The position numbers and the translations under genes were made by a program. DNA of 64,000 nt from the human T2T-CHM13v2.0 reference genome, Homo sapiens. The DNA is taken from the NCBI RefSeq assembly GCF_009914755.1, contig NC_060926.1. One strand, 5' to 3'. Below are positions 14,504-29,529 of this stretch, one piece after another; position 1 is the stretch's first letter, and the number at the start of each line of letters is the position of its first letter. The notes under the pieces are model-generated. The model saw nothing but the letters and a program-made list of their open reading frames with translations. It was not told the DNA's origin and did no database searches.

Positions 14504-14814
14504 TTTTTTTATTTTATTTTATTTTATTTTTGACACTGAGTCTTACTCTGTTACCCAGGCTGGAGGAGTGTAGTGGTATGATCTTGGCTCACTGCAACCT
14601 CTGCCTCCTGGGTTAAAGCAATTCTCTGCCTCAGCTTCCCAAGTAGCTGGGATTACAGGCGCTCACCACCACGCCCGGCTGATATTTTTGTATTTTTAGC
14701 AGAGATGGGGTTCCACCATGTTGGCCAGGCTGGTCTTGAACTCCTAACCTCATGATCCACCTGCCTCGGCCTCCCAGAATGTTGGGATTACAGACTGAGC
14801 CATCACGCCCGGCC
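14504..14814 (-). mobile_element. AluS
   Basis: Dimeric Alu with a (TTTTA)n tail. Confidence 0.88.
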
Positions 14815-14899
14815 TGTCAAGTCATTTTTAGAGATTTTGTCTAGAACCAGGTCTTCTGGCCCTTCAAATAATTTGTAAGTACCTAACTCCCTATAACTT

Positions 14900-15300
14900 T
14901 CAATAAACTGTTGCTAAAACAATGCTGTATAACAACTAACCAAAAATTCTTAATAGCATTCAACAATAAGCATTTATTTTTCATGTCTATGTGTCAGACT
15001 GTGGTCTGCTGATTTGCCCTGGGCTCTTGTAAAGGCAACGCCTATCCTTTTTGGTGTGTCAGGCTAGCTGGACATGGCAATGGCAGATGACCGAAAGACC
15101 AAATCTACTCACTCAAGCATAATTCAGCCCAATACCTGTGTTATATCTGTTACATCCCACTGGCTAAGGAAAGTCACACGGTGAGCCCAACATCCAGAAG
15201 TGGAGAATTACTGCAGTAAGTACCATGCCACAGGGTGAGACTGCACAATCCCATCATGAAGCAGAGAGTGAAGGGTGGAAACCATAATTCAGTCCATCAT
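14900..15300 (-). mobile_element. MLT1 (MaLR) LTR, old subfamily
   Basis: AATGCTGTATAACAA...CAACAATAAGCATTTATT...CATCCCACTGGCTAAGGAAAGTCACACGG. Confidence 0.6.
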
Positions 15301-17414
15301 AAAATATAAATCTCTTTTTACCAAAATAGCTAAAGTGGTTTAAGTCATCTGTAACAGAACACTGAACAATAAAGAGTGTTTTATTACCTTATTTATAAGT
15401 TCAGTATAAAGATCTCTATATTAACTCCATTCTCATTAATTTAAATATAATATAATAAACTTTCTTCAGTAAGAGAAAAAAGAGTGGATTTAACACCAAG
15501 AACAGAGAAAGTGAACTTGGAGATATCTTTTACATGTGGAAAACTGTTGGGAGTCCCTGAATCAGACCCTTTGGGTGACTACTGGGAACAGGAACAGGAT
15601 TGGCTACTAGGAATTTTTGCTTGATAATTTGAACTATTATCCCGATTGTTATCACCAAAATTTTGAGCTGCAAAGTTAGTTTTCTCCAGCCCTAACCCCA
15701 TCTGGCTCTGGCTGTTTCCAATCTTCTTGCTGGAATGCTTGCAGCATATCATGCAATCAGAAACATAGTGATTAAGGCAGGCTAATTGAATTGTAAAATG
15801 TGAAAGGCCATTTGAACGTCAGACTTTATGTCTTTTAGAAATTGAGGATTGCCACTATTGATACGGTTTCATGTGTGTCCTGGGGTGAGGAGTTGAGTGG
15901 AGGGGCAGGAGCAATTACTTCTAGGGAAAATGGTATTACCTTTCCTCTCTGAAAGTATGTAAAATGATGTGAGCGGAGTAGCAAAAGGGAAAAAATATAA
16001 AAGGGATAGACTTGATATAAAAATAGTGAGATTGTTTGTGTTTTGTTACCTAGAAGTACTCAGAGATGACATCTATCACCATTCCCTCTCTCTTATCTTT
16101 GTTTCTAAGCTTTTTCTTTTCCAATTTTAAAAAGACTTTAGAAAGAATGATAAAGCCTGCTGAACATCATGATACATAAATCTCTAAAGGTTCCAATCAT
16201 TTATTTCTCAGCAGTTACTTATAACAAATTATATCTGGTAAAGGAACTGAAAATATTTATCAAAATATTTATTCTCTAAAATTATTGGTTCATTTAAGTC
16301 ATTTAAGTTTGATTTTGTGTGCTTGACTGTAGGCCTATTTATATATTTTTAAAATTATTTTTTATTACCTTAGAGGTTTAAACATTTTTTTTCTGCAGAA
16401 TCCCTTTTTACTCTTTGCTTTCTGTGTCGTTCCTCCAAATGCTTTTCCATGTGTTCTCAAGAAGTAGAAACGGATAGTACATCATGTGTCTCCCTTTCCT
16501 ACTAAATATGGATTATTACACATTATTTGAATTGACAGTGTTTTGAGTCCTTTGCCTGTCTAACGTACAGGTCACTTTTGATGGACTTCTTTTAAATCAT
16601 CAATATATTGCCAGGAAGTATTTTTACCTCTTGGGTGAATGTGTCTAACAAAGCATTGAAGCACTAATTTCAAAATATATTGCTTTCTTAGAAGTATTTA
16701 ACACAACATCAGTTTGTAAATCTTAAAAATTAAGGCTTAGAATTTTTTTAAAAAAATTGTTGAACCAAAAATTCAGCAACAAGGCAGTAACTTTTAAAAA
16801 ACAATTCTATTCAATAAGAATAGGAAATTATATTGAATAGAATAACTACAAGAAATGCCAACATCAACTATCCTAGTTTGACCCTAACCTGAAAGACACA
16901 TATCCAAATCACTATCACCCCAAAAAATTAATTATAGCTTTTTACTTATTGTTACTTTGTTTCCTATTCTGGTATTATCAAGGAGATGAGACAGGGTGTT
17001 ATTAGATAATTACTATTCTTCATAATTTTTGCATATTTGTATGTGTGATTGTGTGTGACTTTTTGATAAACTGTCTAATTCCCAGTCCAGTTCTGTCTCT
17101 TCCACCAAGACTGCTAACATTGAACTACCTGTGAGTGATGTTGGTCATGACCCTGGGTAAACAGGAATCACAGATGATCTTGGACATAATGAACCTTCTC
17201 TTTTGGACTGGTATGCTCATTCAAGATCAAATCCTCAAACTTTTTTTCCAGGTTTTCCCCTCTGAACAGTTAGGAATTTAAACAAGACATAGCCAAGGAC
17301 TCAAGCACTTTGATTCTGTGATTTCATTTAAATATAAAACCCGTATCGGGAAATGTAAGACAAATTACAATAAAAGAGAAGTAGTAATATGAAGATAGAT
17401 ATTAAAGAATAGAT

Positions 17415-17660
17415 AGTAATAACACTAATAGCAGCCACCATTTCTACCTTGTGTACTCTGTGCCAGAAAAAATGCTCACAATATCATCTCATGTAATAAT
17501 CATAACTGCCCTACAAAACTGGCCTCTTTTATAGAGGCGATATCATCTCTGCTTCATGTTTGAGAAAATGGAGGCTTAGGTGGTTCACACAGCTAGTAAG
17601 TAGTACATCGGGGGTGAAAATTTGGAAAACTTATTCCCAAATCATACACTTTTAACCAGT
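17415..17660 (-). mobile_element. MIR
   Basis: TACTCTGTGCCAG...GAGAAAATGGAGGCTTAG...CACACAGCTAGTAAGT. Confidence 0.65.
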
Positions 17661-18559
17661 GTGTTAATATGCCTAGGTTGTACTTCCTCAACAGTAACCG
17701 TGGAACTTCTGGATTTATCCCTAAATTGCAATTTTTCTTCCATCCTTTCATAACTCTCCTTAGCCCCAGTTACTCTGTCAGTATTCGTGAGATACATGTG
17801 TATCTTCTCCGTTTTCTTGGGGGCAAGGAGGGAGAAGTTAATATTTTTCTTAAAGCAACACTTTAGGAAGGAGTGTTATTTTTCTCAGGCTTTAATTATT
17901 CACACATTTTTATAAGGCAAGCCTAAGGGAAAGAATTAATAAATGAAAAGAGATTACAGTTTGTCTAATTAAAATCCCTCTCTGGTACTAAGAAGGCTTT
18001 ATAGCAAATATGCATGGGCATTAGATCACTGTGTAAGCAATGCAATAGCTGAACTAATAAAGAGTATTTTATCCTGTCAGCTCAGCTTCAGGTTGGGAGT
18101 TGCGGTAAAGTGAGTATATCCTACTCAGGGCCTCTCATGATTTAATAAAAATGCCTGTCTTGTTCTCTAAGAATTTAACTAACCAGAGAGTGAACTTTTT
18201 CTTTCCCTGCTGGGATCACAGATTGCAAATCAGTTTTCTCTGCCTAAAAGCAATCACCTAAGCCAGTGGTTATGTGAGACTAGGGTAAAAGAAAAAAGTC
18301 ATAAAAATTAATGAGCCTACCTGATGAGCAGGCTTTCAAGACCATAACTCTGGGCATGGGAGAACTGAAGTCTTACTTGGTACTGGCTCGAGTGGGTGTA
18401 GACTGTACTGCATGCTTGTGATTTTGAATCGTTTGCTGCATGTGAACCACTTTTGAAAAACGCTTCTATTCCACCTCTTCCTGCCACTACAAAAACAAAA
18501 TTTTATGAAGACAAAACAAAATACACCATTAGCAGAGTTAATGGTCTGTAAGTGAGGAA

Positions 18560-19450
<891 letters not shown>

Positions 19451-20540
19451 CATTAGAAATTGGAAGACAAACTACTTTATAAATTAACTATCAATAAGTA
19501 GCAGGGCATTTGCATAATTTTCTGCCAGACTATATATGGCTTTGCCATTGTATTAATTGTCATCCTCTTGCTGACAAATGGCAGAGCTCCCTTAAGCTAC
19601 CATTTGCCTTTCTTCTGAAAATCAAGCAAATAACAAATATTCCATTGAATGTTCACTATAACATTTTTAAGCCATAAGGTAAAATTTTAAGTAGATAATT
19701 TCTTATGTGCATAAAAAGTATTTACCAGAATTAGAAAATGTGTGTAGCTTTTCTAATGTGAACAGCCTTTTCATCATCTCTTGCCAGGACAAATACATTT
19801 TTGACTGAAGTCAAACATACATCAGATTCCTACCCAACAGAGAGTTTTATTAGTTAATATCAATAATTTAAGCTCAAATGCAAAAAGAAATCTATCATAC
19901 CAGAGACTTACCATATTTACAATGTGGCAGTTGCTGTGAGGGGCATCAACAAGTGAAACTAAAATCATTAGAATATGTCCTTCAGGAGCACATACTTATT
20001 TAGGCCGACAACTTACTATTAATCTGGCACGATATTTGGAAGAGAAGCCTTGTAGAAGTCACAAATTATCTTTTGACAATGTAGTTGCATTGAGCAAAGC
20101 ATGGGATAGCTTTGGAAATGAGTATATTGGGTTATATACACAAACCTGAACCCTCACTTTAGGTATTGGCTTTGAGGGTTGCCGTCTGAGGAAATGCCAA
20201 TAGGATTATAATAACGGGCCCACTGTGTATAATTTTATAGTCTGCCCATATTTTCAATAACCCTTCTCCCTGCTTGGGTTATTTGTTTTGATTTCCTATC
20301 ACTGGAGAAATATCTCACAAAACAATTAGATGAATTCATTTTCCATATTTTTATAACAGAAAGTCTAATTAATGATAAATACTATAAAACACATCAACCA
20401 TGCATTAAGTGGATACATATAAGTCCTGAGAGTTATCTTCATCATGTATTCATGCTCCACATTTCCATAGGAAGATCTTAAGCAGCACTTGGTTGGGTAT
20501 TTAGCTTCCTACTTTCCCAGAACTCCACTTCGGGTACTGA

Positions 20541-20942
<402 letters not shown>

Positions 20943-21521
20943 GGTGTTGTTTTTAAAAATATACATCATAATTAAATTGAGAGACGATATGCTTTTCTTT
21001 GCCTCTCTGTATATTCCCTCAACCTACCCACCCCTTCACTCCACAGAAACATTTCCTGTTTATAGAATCTTCTGCATTTATAAGGCAGGTGCTTTTGCCC
21101 TTTAGTTTTTCAAGAAGAATCTAATAAACATTTGTAGGACTCACATACTTGGCTTTTTAAACATCATCAAATAACAAACTAATATTTCTTAAAACTTTAC
21201 TTATTAAACACTAAGTTTTGGTTCCTCTAAAATATTCGTATTTAATCCATGTGATAACCAACTATTTTCAGCAACAAACTTTTGCTCATTGCTTATTTAT
21301 CTATGTAAAAGGGATTGCAATTGTAAATTTGTCTGTTAGACGGTAGTAAATTATTTCTTTTGCTTTTCTGTCTATATAGTTTTCCATAATTATCTTAATC
21401 GTCCTCATTTTGATCTTAAATAGCCAGTGGTTCATAAATAAGAATAAACAGCAAAATCATCTAGAATTATTTTGTAATTATGCAAATATTCAGTCCCATT
21501 CTAGAAATTCTCATGTAATAT

Positions 21522-22911
21522 TGAGAGGTGACAACGTGCTATCAGCCCTCGCTTGCTCTCTCGGCACCTCCTCAGGCCAAGGCATCCACTCTGGCTGTGC
21601 TTGAGGAGCCCTTCAGCCCGCCACTGCACTGTGGGAGGCCCTGTCTGGGCTGGCTGAGGCCGGAGCCGGCTCCCTCTGCTTGCAGGGAAGTGTGGAGGGA
21701 AAGGCGCAGGCGGGAACCGGGGTTGTGGGAGGTGCTCACAGGCCAGTGCGAGTTCCAGGTGGGTGCAGGCTCAGCGCGCCCTGTACTCGGAGCGGCCCCG
21801 GGCAGTGAGAGGCTTAGCACCCGGGCCAGCAGCTGCAGAGGGTGCACTGGGTCCCCCAGCACTGCTGGCCCGCCCGTGCTGCGCTGGAATTCTCACCCAG
21901 CCTCAGTCGCCTCCACACAGGGCAGGGCTGGGGACCTGCAGCCCGCCATGCCCGAGCCCCCCGCCCCAAGGTGGGCTCCCGCAGGGCCGAGCCCCCGCCA
22001 ATGGGCTCCGCTCCCTGCTCCACGGCACCCGGTCCCATCAACTGTCCAAGGGCTGACGAGTGCGGGCACAAGGCGCAGGACTGGCAGGCAGCTCTGCCCA
22101 CGGCCCCTGCACGGGATCCACTAGGTGAAGCCAACAGGGCTCCTGAGATGGGTGGGGACATGGAGAACTTTTATGTCCAGCTGGAGGATTGTATATGCAC
22201 CAATCAGCACTCTGTGTCTAGCTCAGGGTTTGTGGATGCACCAATCAGCACTCTGTATCTAGCTGATCTGGTGGGGACTTGGAGAACTTTTATGTCTAGC
22301 TGGAGGATTGTAAATTCACCAATCAACACTCTGTGTCTAGCTAAAGGTTTGTAAAAGCACCAATCAGCACTCTGTCAAAATGGACCAATCAGCTCTCTGT
22401 AAAACGGATCAATCGGCTCTCTGTAAAATGGACCAATCAGTAGGATGTGGGTGGGGACAGATAAGGGAATAAAAGCAGGCTGCCTGCACCAGTAGTGGCA
22501 ACCCGTGGGGGTCACCTTCCATCCTGGAGGACATGTGTTGTTTTGCTCTTCACAATAAATCTTGCTGCTGCTCACTCTTTGGGTTTACACTGCCTTTATG
22601 AGCTGCAACACTCACCGTGAAGGTCTGCAGCTTCATGCTTGAGGCTGGCGAAACCACGAACCCACCAGAAGGAATGAACAACTCAACACGCGGCGCTTTG
22701 AAGAGCTGTAACACTCACCACGAAGGTCTGCAGCTTCACTCCTGAAGTCAGCAAGACCACGAACCCACCAGAAAGAAGAAACTGTGGATACATCTGAACA
22801 TCTGAAGGAACAGACTCGGGACACACCATCTTTAAGAACTGTAATACTGTGAGGGTCTGCGGCTTCATTCTTTAAGTCAGGGAGACCAAGAACCCACCAA
22901 TTCTAGACACA
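21522..22911 (+). mobile_element. Solo LTR12 (ERV-9 LTR, LTR12D/E-like), 1390 bp
   Basis: Starts TGAGAGGTGACAACGTGCT, ends CCAATTCTAGACACA. 4-bp TSD ATAT/GTAT. GC-rich U3 with CCAAT tandem repeats, and U5 repeats. Confidence 0.93.
22195..22500 (+). promoter_or_regulatory. LTR12 enhancer/promoter: CCAAT (NF-Y) array, GATA site, AATAAAA TATA-like box
   Basis: Six intact CCAATC motifs between 22200 and 22440, then AGATAAGGGAATAAAAGCAGG (22459-22479). This is the known ERV-9 LTR promoter layout. Confidence 0.75.
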
Positions 22912-24033
22912 GTATCTATGTCAGAAAGAGGCAAAATTAAGAAAGGTACCTACAAGCCTGATGAAGAATCACTGTTACTTTTTCTGTAGAGGGAGTGGGT
23001 CCCTCCACGTCCGTCATCTGATTTCCTCTTACTTGGTCAGAAGCCATATTCCAAGCTTTCATCCTTGCAGGAAAATTCATCTTACTTTGAGAAATTTGGT
23101 CACTTAAGAGAGACAAAACAATATTATAAGACTGCTCAAGAACAAAAGAAACCATGACTACAATACACATATTGACGGATTTTATATATCACTTGGTATT
23201 TGAATCAACATGAAAATGAGTAAAAGATGTGAAGGGCACCAGGGAGCTTGAGAGACACGTTTAGTTTCAGCTTTAAAATATTCACCCAGGTACACAGTGG
23301 GAGAGAAGCTTGTGTTGAAAAATGGTGTTTTTAGGTATATAATGCAAATTGTAATATCATTCTTGATGTTGATCAATTCTTTGTTTTCCTCTTTATAGTT
23401 CTAGGTAGGAGATTTTTGTGCTGCTCAATTATAAAAGTTTCTCGGCTTTGCTGTTTTTTTCTACTTTTTCTTAAAAAATATCATCCATTCCTCTTTATTA
23501 TTTCCTTTCTTTTACTTTTTTTCAGCTTAAGATAGAATCTTAGTTCATTGTATCTAAGCCTGTTATCCTTTTTAACAGGTATTAAAATACATAGTTTCTC
23601 TCTAACCACTCTTTTAACTATACTGCACAGATTTTGATAGGTTGTATTTTTATGTTTGTTCACATAAAATATTTTCCATTTTTTGATCATGAATTATTTA
23701 GAAATGCGTTTAATTTCCATATATTTTGTTTTTACATGTCTTAGTGTTATTGATTTCAAGTATATTTTTGTTATATTTGGGAATATATTTATAATTGTTT
23801 TAGTTTTAATGAGGCTTTTATTATTATTATTTTGCCTGAAGCTGTCTTGGTGAATGATTTTCATGAAAAATAGTTTTAGTTCTAGTTGTTGGCTTTCTAT
23901 CAATTAGATCAAGGTAATTGACAGTGTTCTAGTTCTATCTGTGCTAACTAGTTCTGTCTAGTTCTCTAGTTCAATTAGTTTTATCAGTTGCTTTATGTCT
24001 ACTGTTATCATTTGTGGAAATGTTATAAAGGTA

Positions 24034-24342
24034 TTTGTTTTTTTGTTTTTGTTTCGTTTTGGAAACGAGGTCTTCCTCTGTTGCCTAGACTCGAGTGCAG
24101 TGGTGCAGTCATAGCTCACTCAACCTCCTGGACTCCAGCAATCCTTCCACTTCAGCTTCCCAAGTAGCTGGGATGTTATTAATAATTAGTTGGGCATGAT
24201 ATGTCATGCCCAGCTAAGTATATTTTGGTAGAGATGATGTCTGTGTTGCCCAGGATGGTCTCGAAGTCCTGGACTCGAGTGATTCTCTCACCTCAGCCTC
24301 CCAAAGCACTGGGATTATAGGCATGAGCCACCATACCTGGCC
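24034..24342 (-). mobile_element. AluJ with an internal inverted duplication
   Basis: J-type motifs (CATAGCTCACT, GGACTCCAGCAATCC). Segment 24174-24203 is not consensus. Confidence 0.8.
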
Positions 24343-25527
24343 TAAAAACATGATTACTATGATTATATAATTATCTATTTTTCTAATTCTGTCCATTTTT
24401 TATGTGTTTTGTGGCTGTAATTATCTATTTTTCTAATTCTGTCAATACTTTTCTTCATGTGTTTTGTGGCTATGTCATAGGACAAATACAAATTTATGAC
24501 TTATATAGTCCTCTAATGGGTAGATAAAATATGTCATTTTCTGTTTCCATTACTGCTTTATCATTATAAATTTTCCCTATTTATCTCTAATAGCATGTCT
24601 TAAAATCTATTTTATCTGACATTAATATATCATTTTGGATTACTATACTTGCTGTTTGCATGAAATATATTTTTTATCAATTTACATTTTTCCATTTCCA
24701 TCTGTGTATCCGTAAGGGGCATTTCTCACAGATAGCATTCCATTTGGTTCTTGCTGTTCCAATCACCTCTGCCTTCTGTTTGGAGTGCTTAGACCATTAA
24801 TACTTAATGTAATTGTTGGCATAGTTGAATTTTGGTATATTATTTTATAATTTCTTCTTTTGTCCTTTCTCTTCTTTTGCATCCTTTTTCTCTTTATCAC
24901 CTTCTTTTTTATTATTTGGCAATTTATTTCTATCTCACCTCTATTTCTTTAATCTTATTGTTTGCTCTGAGTGTACAATATGCAACCTTAGCTCTTCACA
25001 GTATATTTATAGTTAATATTGTACCACTTTACAGAAAAAGTAGAAATTTGCAGCCATATATCCATTTATTTCTCACCTGCCATTATTTTTACTGTAACTA
25101 TGTCATATTTATTGTATCCACATATAATATAGACACCTTAAGATGTCACGTTTCTTATTTATAATCATATATAAAGAATAAGAGAAAAAATATTTTTTAT
25201 GTACCTGTATATAAAACATTTGCAGTGTTCTACATTTGTACCTAAAGATACACATTTCCCTTTTGCACCAATTTTTTTAGCCTGAAGAACTTCTTTAACA
25301 TTTATTGTAGTGGTAAGTCAACTGGTAATGAATTCTTTTAGTTTTCTTTTATCTGACAGAATCTTTACTTTTATTTTAGGGGCATATTTTTACAAACATA
25401 CAATTCTTTTTTAGTGATTTCCCCTTATTTTTTCATCACCACAAAGATGCTGTCCCACTCTCTCTGGCCTCAATTGTTTCTGATATAATGTATCCCTGTA
25501 TTTAAAGTGTTATTTTTCCTTTGCTAC

Positions 25528-26173
<646 letters not shown>

Positions 26174-27460
26174 CTACTTTCAAGATATTGGATGTTTGGT
26201 TTTAAGTCATTTGGCCTTGAAGTGCCTAGACATGGCTTTCTTCATATTTATCCTCTTGGAGTTTGCTGAGCTTCATTAATCAGAAAATTTGTTTTTTATA
26301 CAATCTGGGAAGTTTTTGTTCATTATTTCATCAATTTCCTTTTCTCTGTTTCACTGTCTCTTTTGTCTCTCCTTTTGGGACTCCTTGATATTTTCCCAAA
26401 TGTTCCTGATGTCCCTGATGTGCTCTCAGATTTTTGTTTTTGTTTTAAAATAATCTATTTTTCTCTTTGTTCTTTAGTTTGAATAATTTTTTTCTTCAAG
26501 TTTATGATAAGCTTTTAATATTTCTAATTATTCATAGTACTCTGAAAGTAAACCTGAGGTTTCTGGAGCACGGACAGGTTAGTTATTCTATCAGTTATTT
26601 CCAATTCTGTCTAGTTCTTAGTCATTTATAGCACTTAACAGCAATAACCACATTATTAGCCTTACCCAGTCTCCACCTTCTGGGAAAATGTCATGAAAGC
26701 CAGACGGAGAGGCCCACATGTATGGGAATATACTTTGTTAGGAAAATATGAATCTATAAACTTGTATACATGCTGTCCCCTTTTCCTGTGAGAGATGAAG
26801 AGAAACTTAATCTTATTTCTCCTAGAGACTAGAAAAGGGAGAACCCTGTTTTCTTACCTTTTGGAATGTAAATAAATACTTGGTATGGGGAGGGGTGAAT
26901 AAGATAAACCACTCTAGTTTCCAGCCTCTGGAATATCTTCTTGGTTCCATACCTGATGTTTTCTTGAAATGTAAACATATGACTCTTGGATGGTTTTTCA
27001 GTATTTAAATAATCACTTCTATTCAAAAATATTTTCCAGTGACCTAAATCCTAGTAAAAGTTTCCCAGTAAGTCCTAACCATGGAAAAATAAAAATGTTC
27101 ATTTTCTGATAGCTTTCTGACTGTTTTTCTTTATTATGTCCATTTTTTCCTAATATTCTGAGAATTTTTAACTATTTTCACTCAAAGTTTTCCATTGTGT
27201 ATTTAAATATATATATTCTATCTCTCTGGAGAGATTTCCTCTCTTTTTATACATAGTTTTCTTTACCTCATTGCTTTTAAGTCTAGGTCTGATAATTCCA
27301 ACATCTGGATTATCTGAGAGTTAGCTTCCTTTTTCTTTGTAAGAATAAATAATATTTTTCTGTTTCTTTATTGTTAGTACCTTTGAATTACATTCTGTAA
27401 ACTGTAAATGTTATATTGTGTGGTATCTGGAAAACCTTGCATTTTTAAAAATAATGCTTT

Positions 27461-28255
27461 GGAAATCACCTTTGCAAAGATTATGGCAGTGAGAGAAATC
27501 TAACATAATTGTCTCCACCTTGCTTCTAATCCCACAAGTTAACTGACCTTGCTTATTCCTGGTATAGCCCAAGCTAACTTGGGAGGAGTTTAGTTTATAG
27601 TTTAACTTTAAAACTTTAAAGATGATAATAGTCCCTTCCCAAAATGAATTTCCTTTTGGTTTGGGGACTAAAACTGCCTTTTGTAAAACTAAAGAAAGGC
27701 CACAAGGTTTGAATTATGGTAGGGTCCTGAATTCTGCTATGCTTTAAGCATAGTTCAGCAATAATCAGCCACTGGTCCCTAATTTGCTTACTGCTCAGGA
27801 GTCATGCAGCCAGACATCGCAAGCTTTGTAACTTTCCCAGTTGCTCCTACAGATGACATCACAGTTGTCAAAACTTAAGATATTTTTTAGACTTTTCCAT
27901 CTGAAAAGGCCAACTGATCCACCCAGACCCATGATCCGTACCAAGAAAGTGACTCAACCAGTCCTGTGACACCTACCCTGAAGCTGACTCAGCATGTAAA
28001 GGTAGTTTGAACAATCCTATGATTTTTCAACCTCAACCAATCAGCAGCACTCATTCTCTAGCTCCTTGCCCACCAAATTATCTTTAAAAACCCTTGCCTC
28101 CAAGCTCTTAGGAGGCAGATTTGAGAAATATCTCTGATCCTCCCACTCAGCTGCCTTGCAATAATTAAACTATTTCTCTATGGCAGAACCTACTCTCTCA
28201 AGTGTATTGGTTTTTTCTATGCAGCAAGCAAGAAGAACTCAGTTGGGTGATTACA
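27461..28255 (+). mobile_element. Solo LTR8-family LTR (LTR8A/B, ERV1)
   Basis: GAAATCACCTTTGCAAAGATTATGGCAGTGAGAGAAATCTAACAT...GGGTGATTACA with TSD CTTT. Confidence 0.82.
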
Positions 28256-28900
28256 CTTTTGTTTTCGTTTTGGCAGATGATTAACTCAATTAGCCTGAAA
28301 CTGCAAACTCTGCCGTATTTGAGATGACTGGAATCTTGGATTCTAGTTCAGTTTTTATTCATTTATTTTTTACTTTATAGTTGTGCTGTTTGCACAATTT
28401 TCTATGAATGTATAGTTCAGGGATCAGCAAGAGACTTTAAGTAGAGGTTACACACATACACCACCATTTTGTTTTTCTGGGATTCCCTTCACTTTCCTGT
28501 GACTGTAGCCTCTCCAGGCAATGTGATCTTTCAGCTAGAAAAATGAAATATTTCTACTGGAGTTTCAGCAAACCCACATCATACTTAGCTTCAGCCTGTC
28601 CTCACACCAATGCTATGAACACAAGATTCAACTTCCCTTCAAATATGCTTGCAATTATTTATTCTCTAGATAATATACACAGTGTTTTTGTTTTGTTTTG
28701 TATTGTTTTACTACTGAGTTTAAATTTATATGTGTGGAAGAATCTGAGGGTGATTTTGTCTTCACTACTAGAGATGAAGTCCACACTTGGTGATGTTTAA
28801 CATATTTCTGTATAAATACCTTTCACAATTTTCATTAAATTTATTCCTAGATACTTGATAATTTTTGAAGCTATATTTTAAATAAATAATAATTTATATA

Positions 28901-29195
28901 GGCCGGGCGCAGTGGCTCATGCCTGTAATCCCAGCACTTTGGGAGGCTGAGGCGGGTGGATCACAAGGTCAGGAGATCAAGACCATACTGGCTAACATGG
29001 TGAAACCCCATTTCTATTAAAAATACAAAAAATTAGCCAGGCACGGTGGTGGGTGCCTGTAGTCCCAGCTACTCATGAGGCTGAAGCAGGAGAACAGCAT
29101 GAACCCGGGAAGTGGAGCTTGCAGTGAGCCGAGATTGTGCCATTGCACTCCAGCATGGGTGACAGAGTAAGACTCTGTCTCAAAAAAAAAAATAA
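28901..29195 (+). mobile_element. AluY-like
   Basis: GGAGATCAAGACCATACTGGCTAAC and GGAGCTTGCAGTG. TSD AATAATTTATATA on both sides. Confidence 0.9.
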
Positions 29196-29529
29196 GAATA
29201 ATTTATATAAAGTGAAACAGCACTCACTCTCTATTTCCAAGAATGCCAGATTGTTGGTAACCATGACATTTATTTTGTATTTTTCAGCATAGTCTCTGCC
29301 TTAATTTGAACTATACATCAAGTGGCACATACTGTGTTGTATTAAATATGTTTCTTTAATTAAAATGTATGCTGATTCTGATGTAATTAAGAGGTAGTTT
29401 TTTTCTCATGAGCTACCTATCTTTGGACCCAACTGAAACTAACTTTGAAATAGGGCACAGTATTCACAGATACTCACATAAACTAAGCCTCTTTTGCTCT
29501 ATTTCAATAGTTTTGAACCTTTTCTATAT

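Larger units (their letters stand above)
14040..15372 (+). mobile_element. Old ERVL LTR (LTR33/LTR16-like), interrupted by an Alu and an MLT1
   Basis: AAAACTATATTTTCTAGACTCC near 14133 and a terminal ATAAATCTC...GCTAAAGTGG...CTGTAACAGAACACTGA. Boundaries approximate. Confidence 0.45.

Noticed and set aside
21528-22354. Overlapping long ORFs (198 and 170 aa)
   Set aside because: GC-rich LTR12 U3 has few stop codons by composition and is not coding.
22195-22440. Repeat-spacer-like array resembling CRISPR
   Set aside because: These are the known ERV-9 U3 enhancer repeats. The context is eukaryotic, the spacers are not unique, and there are no cas genes.
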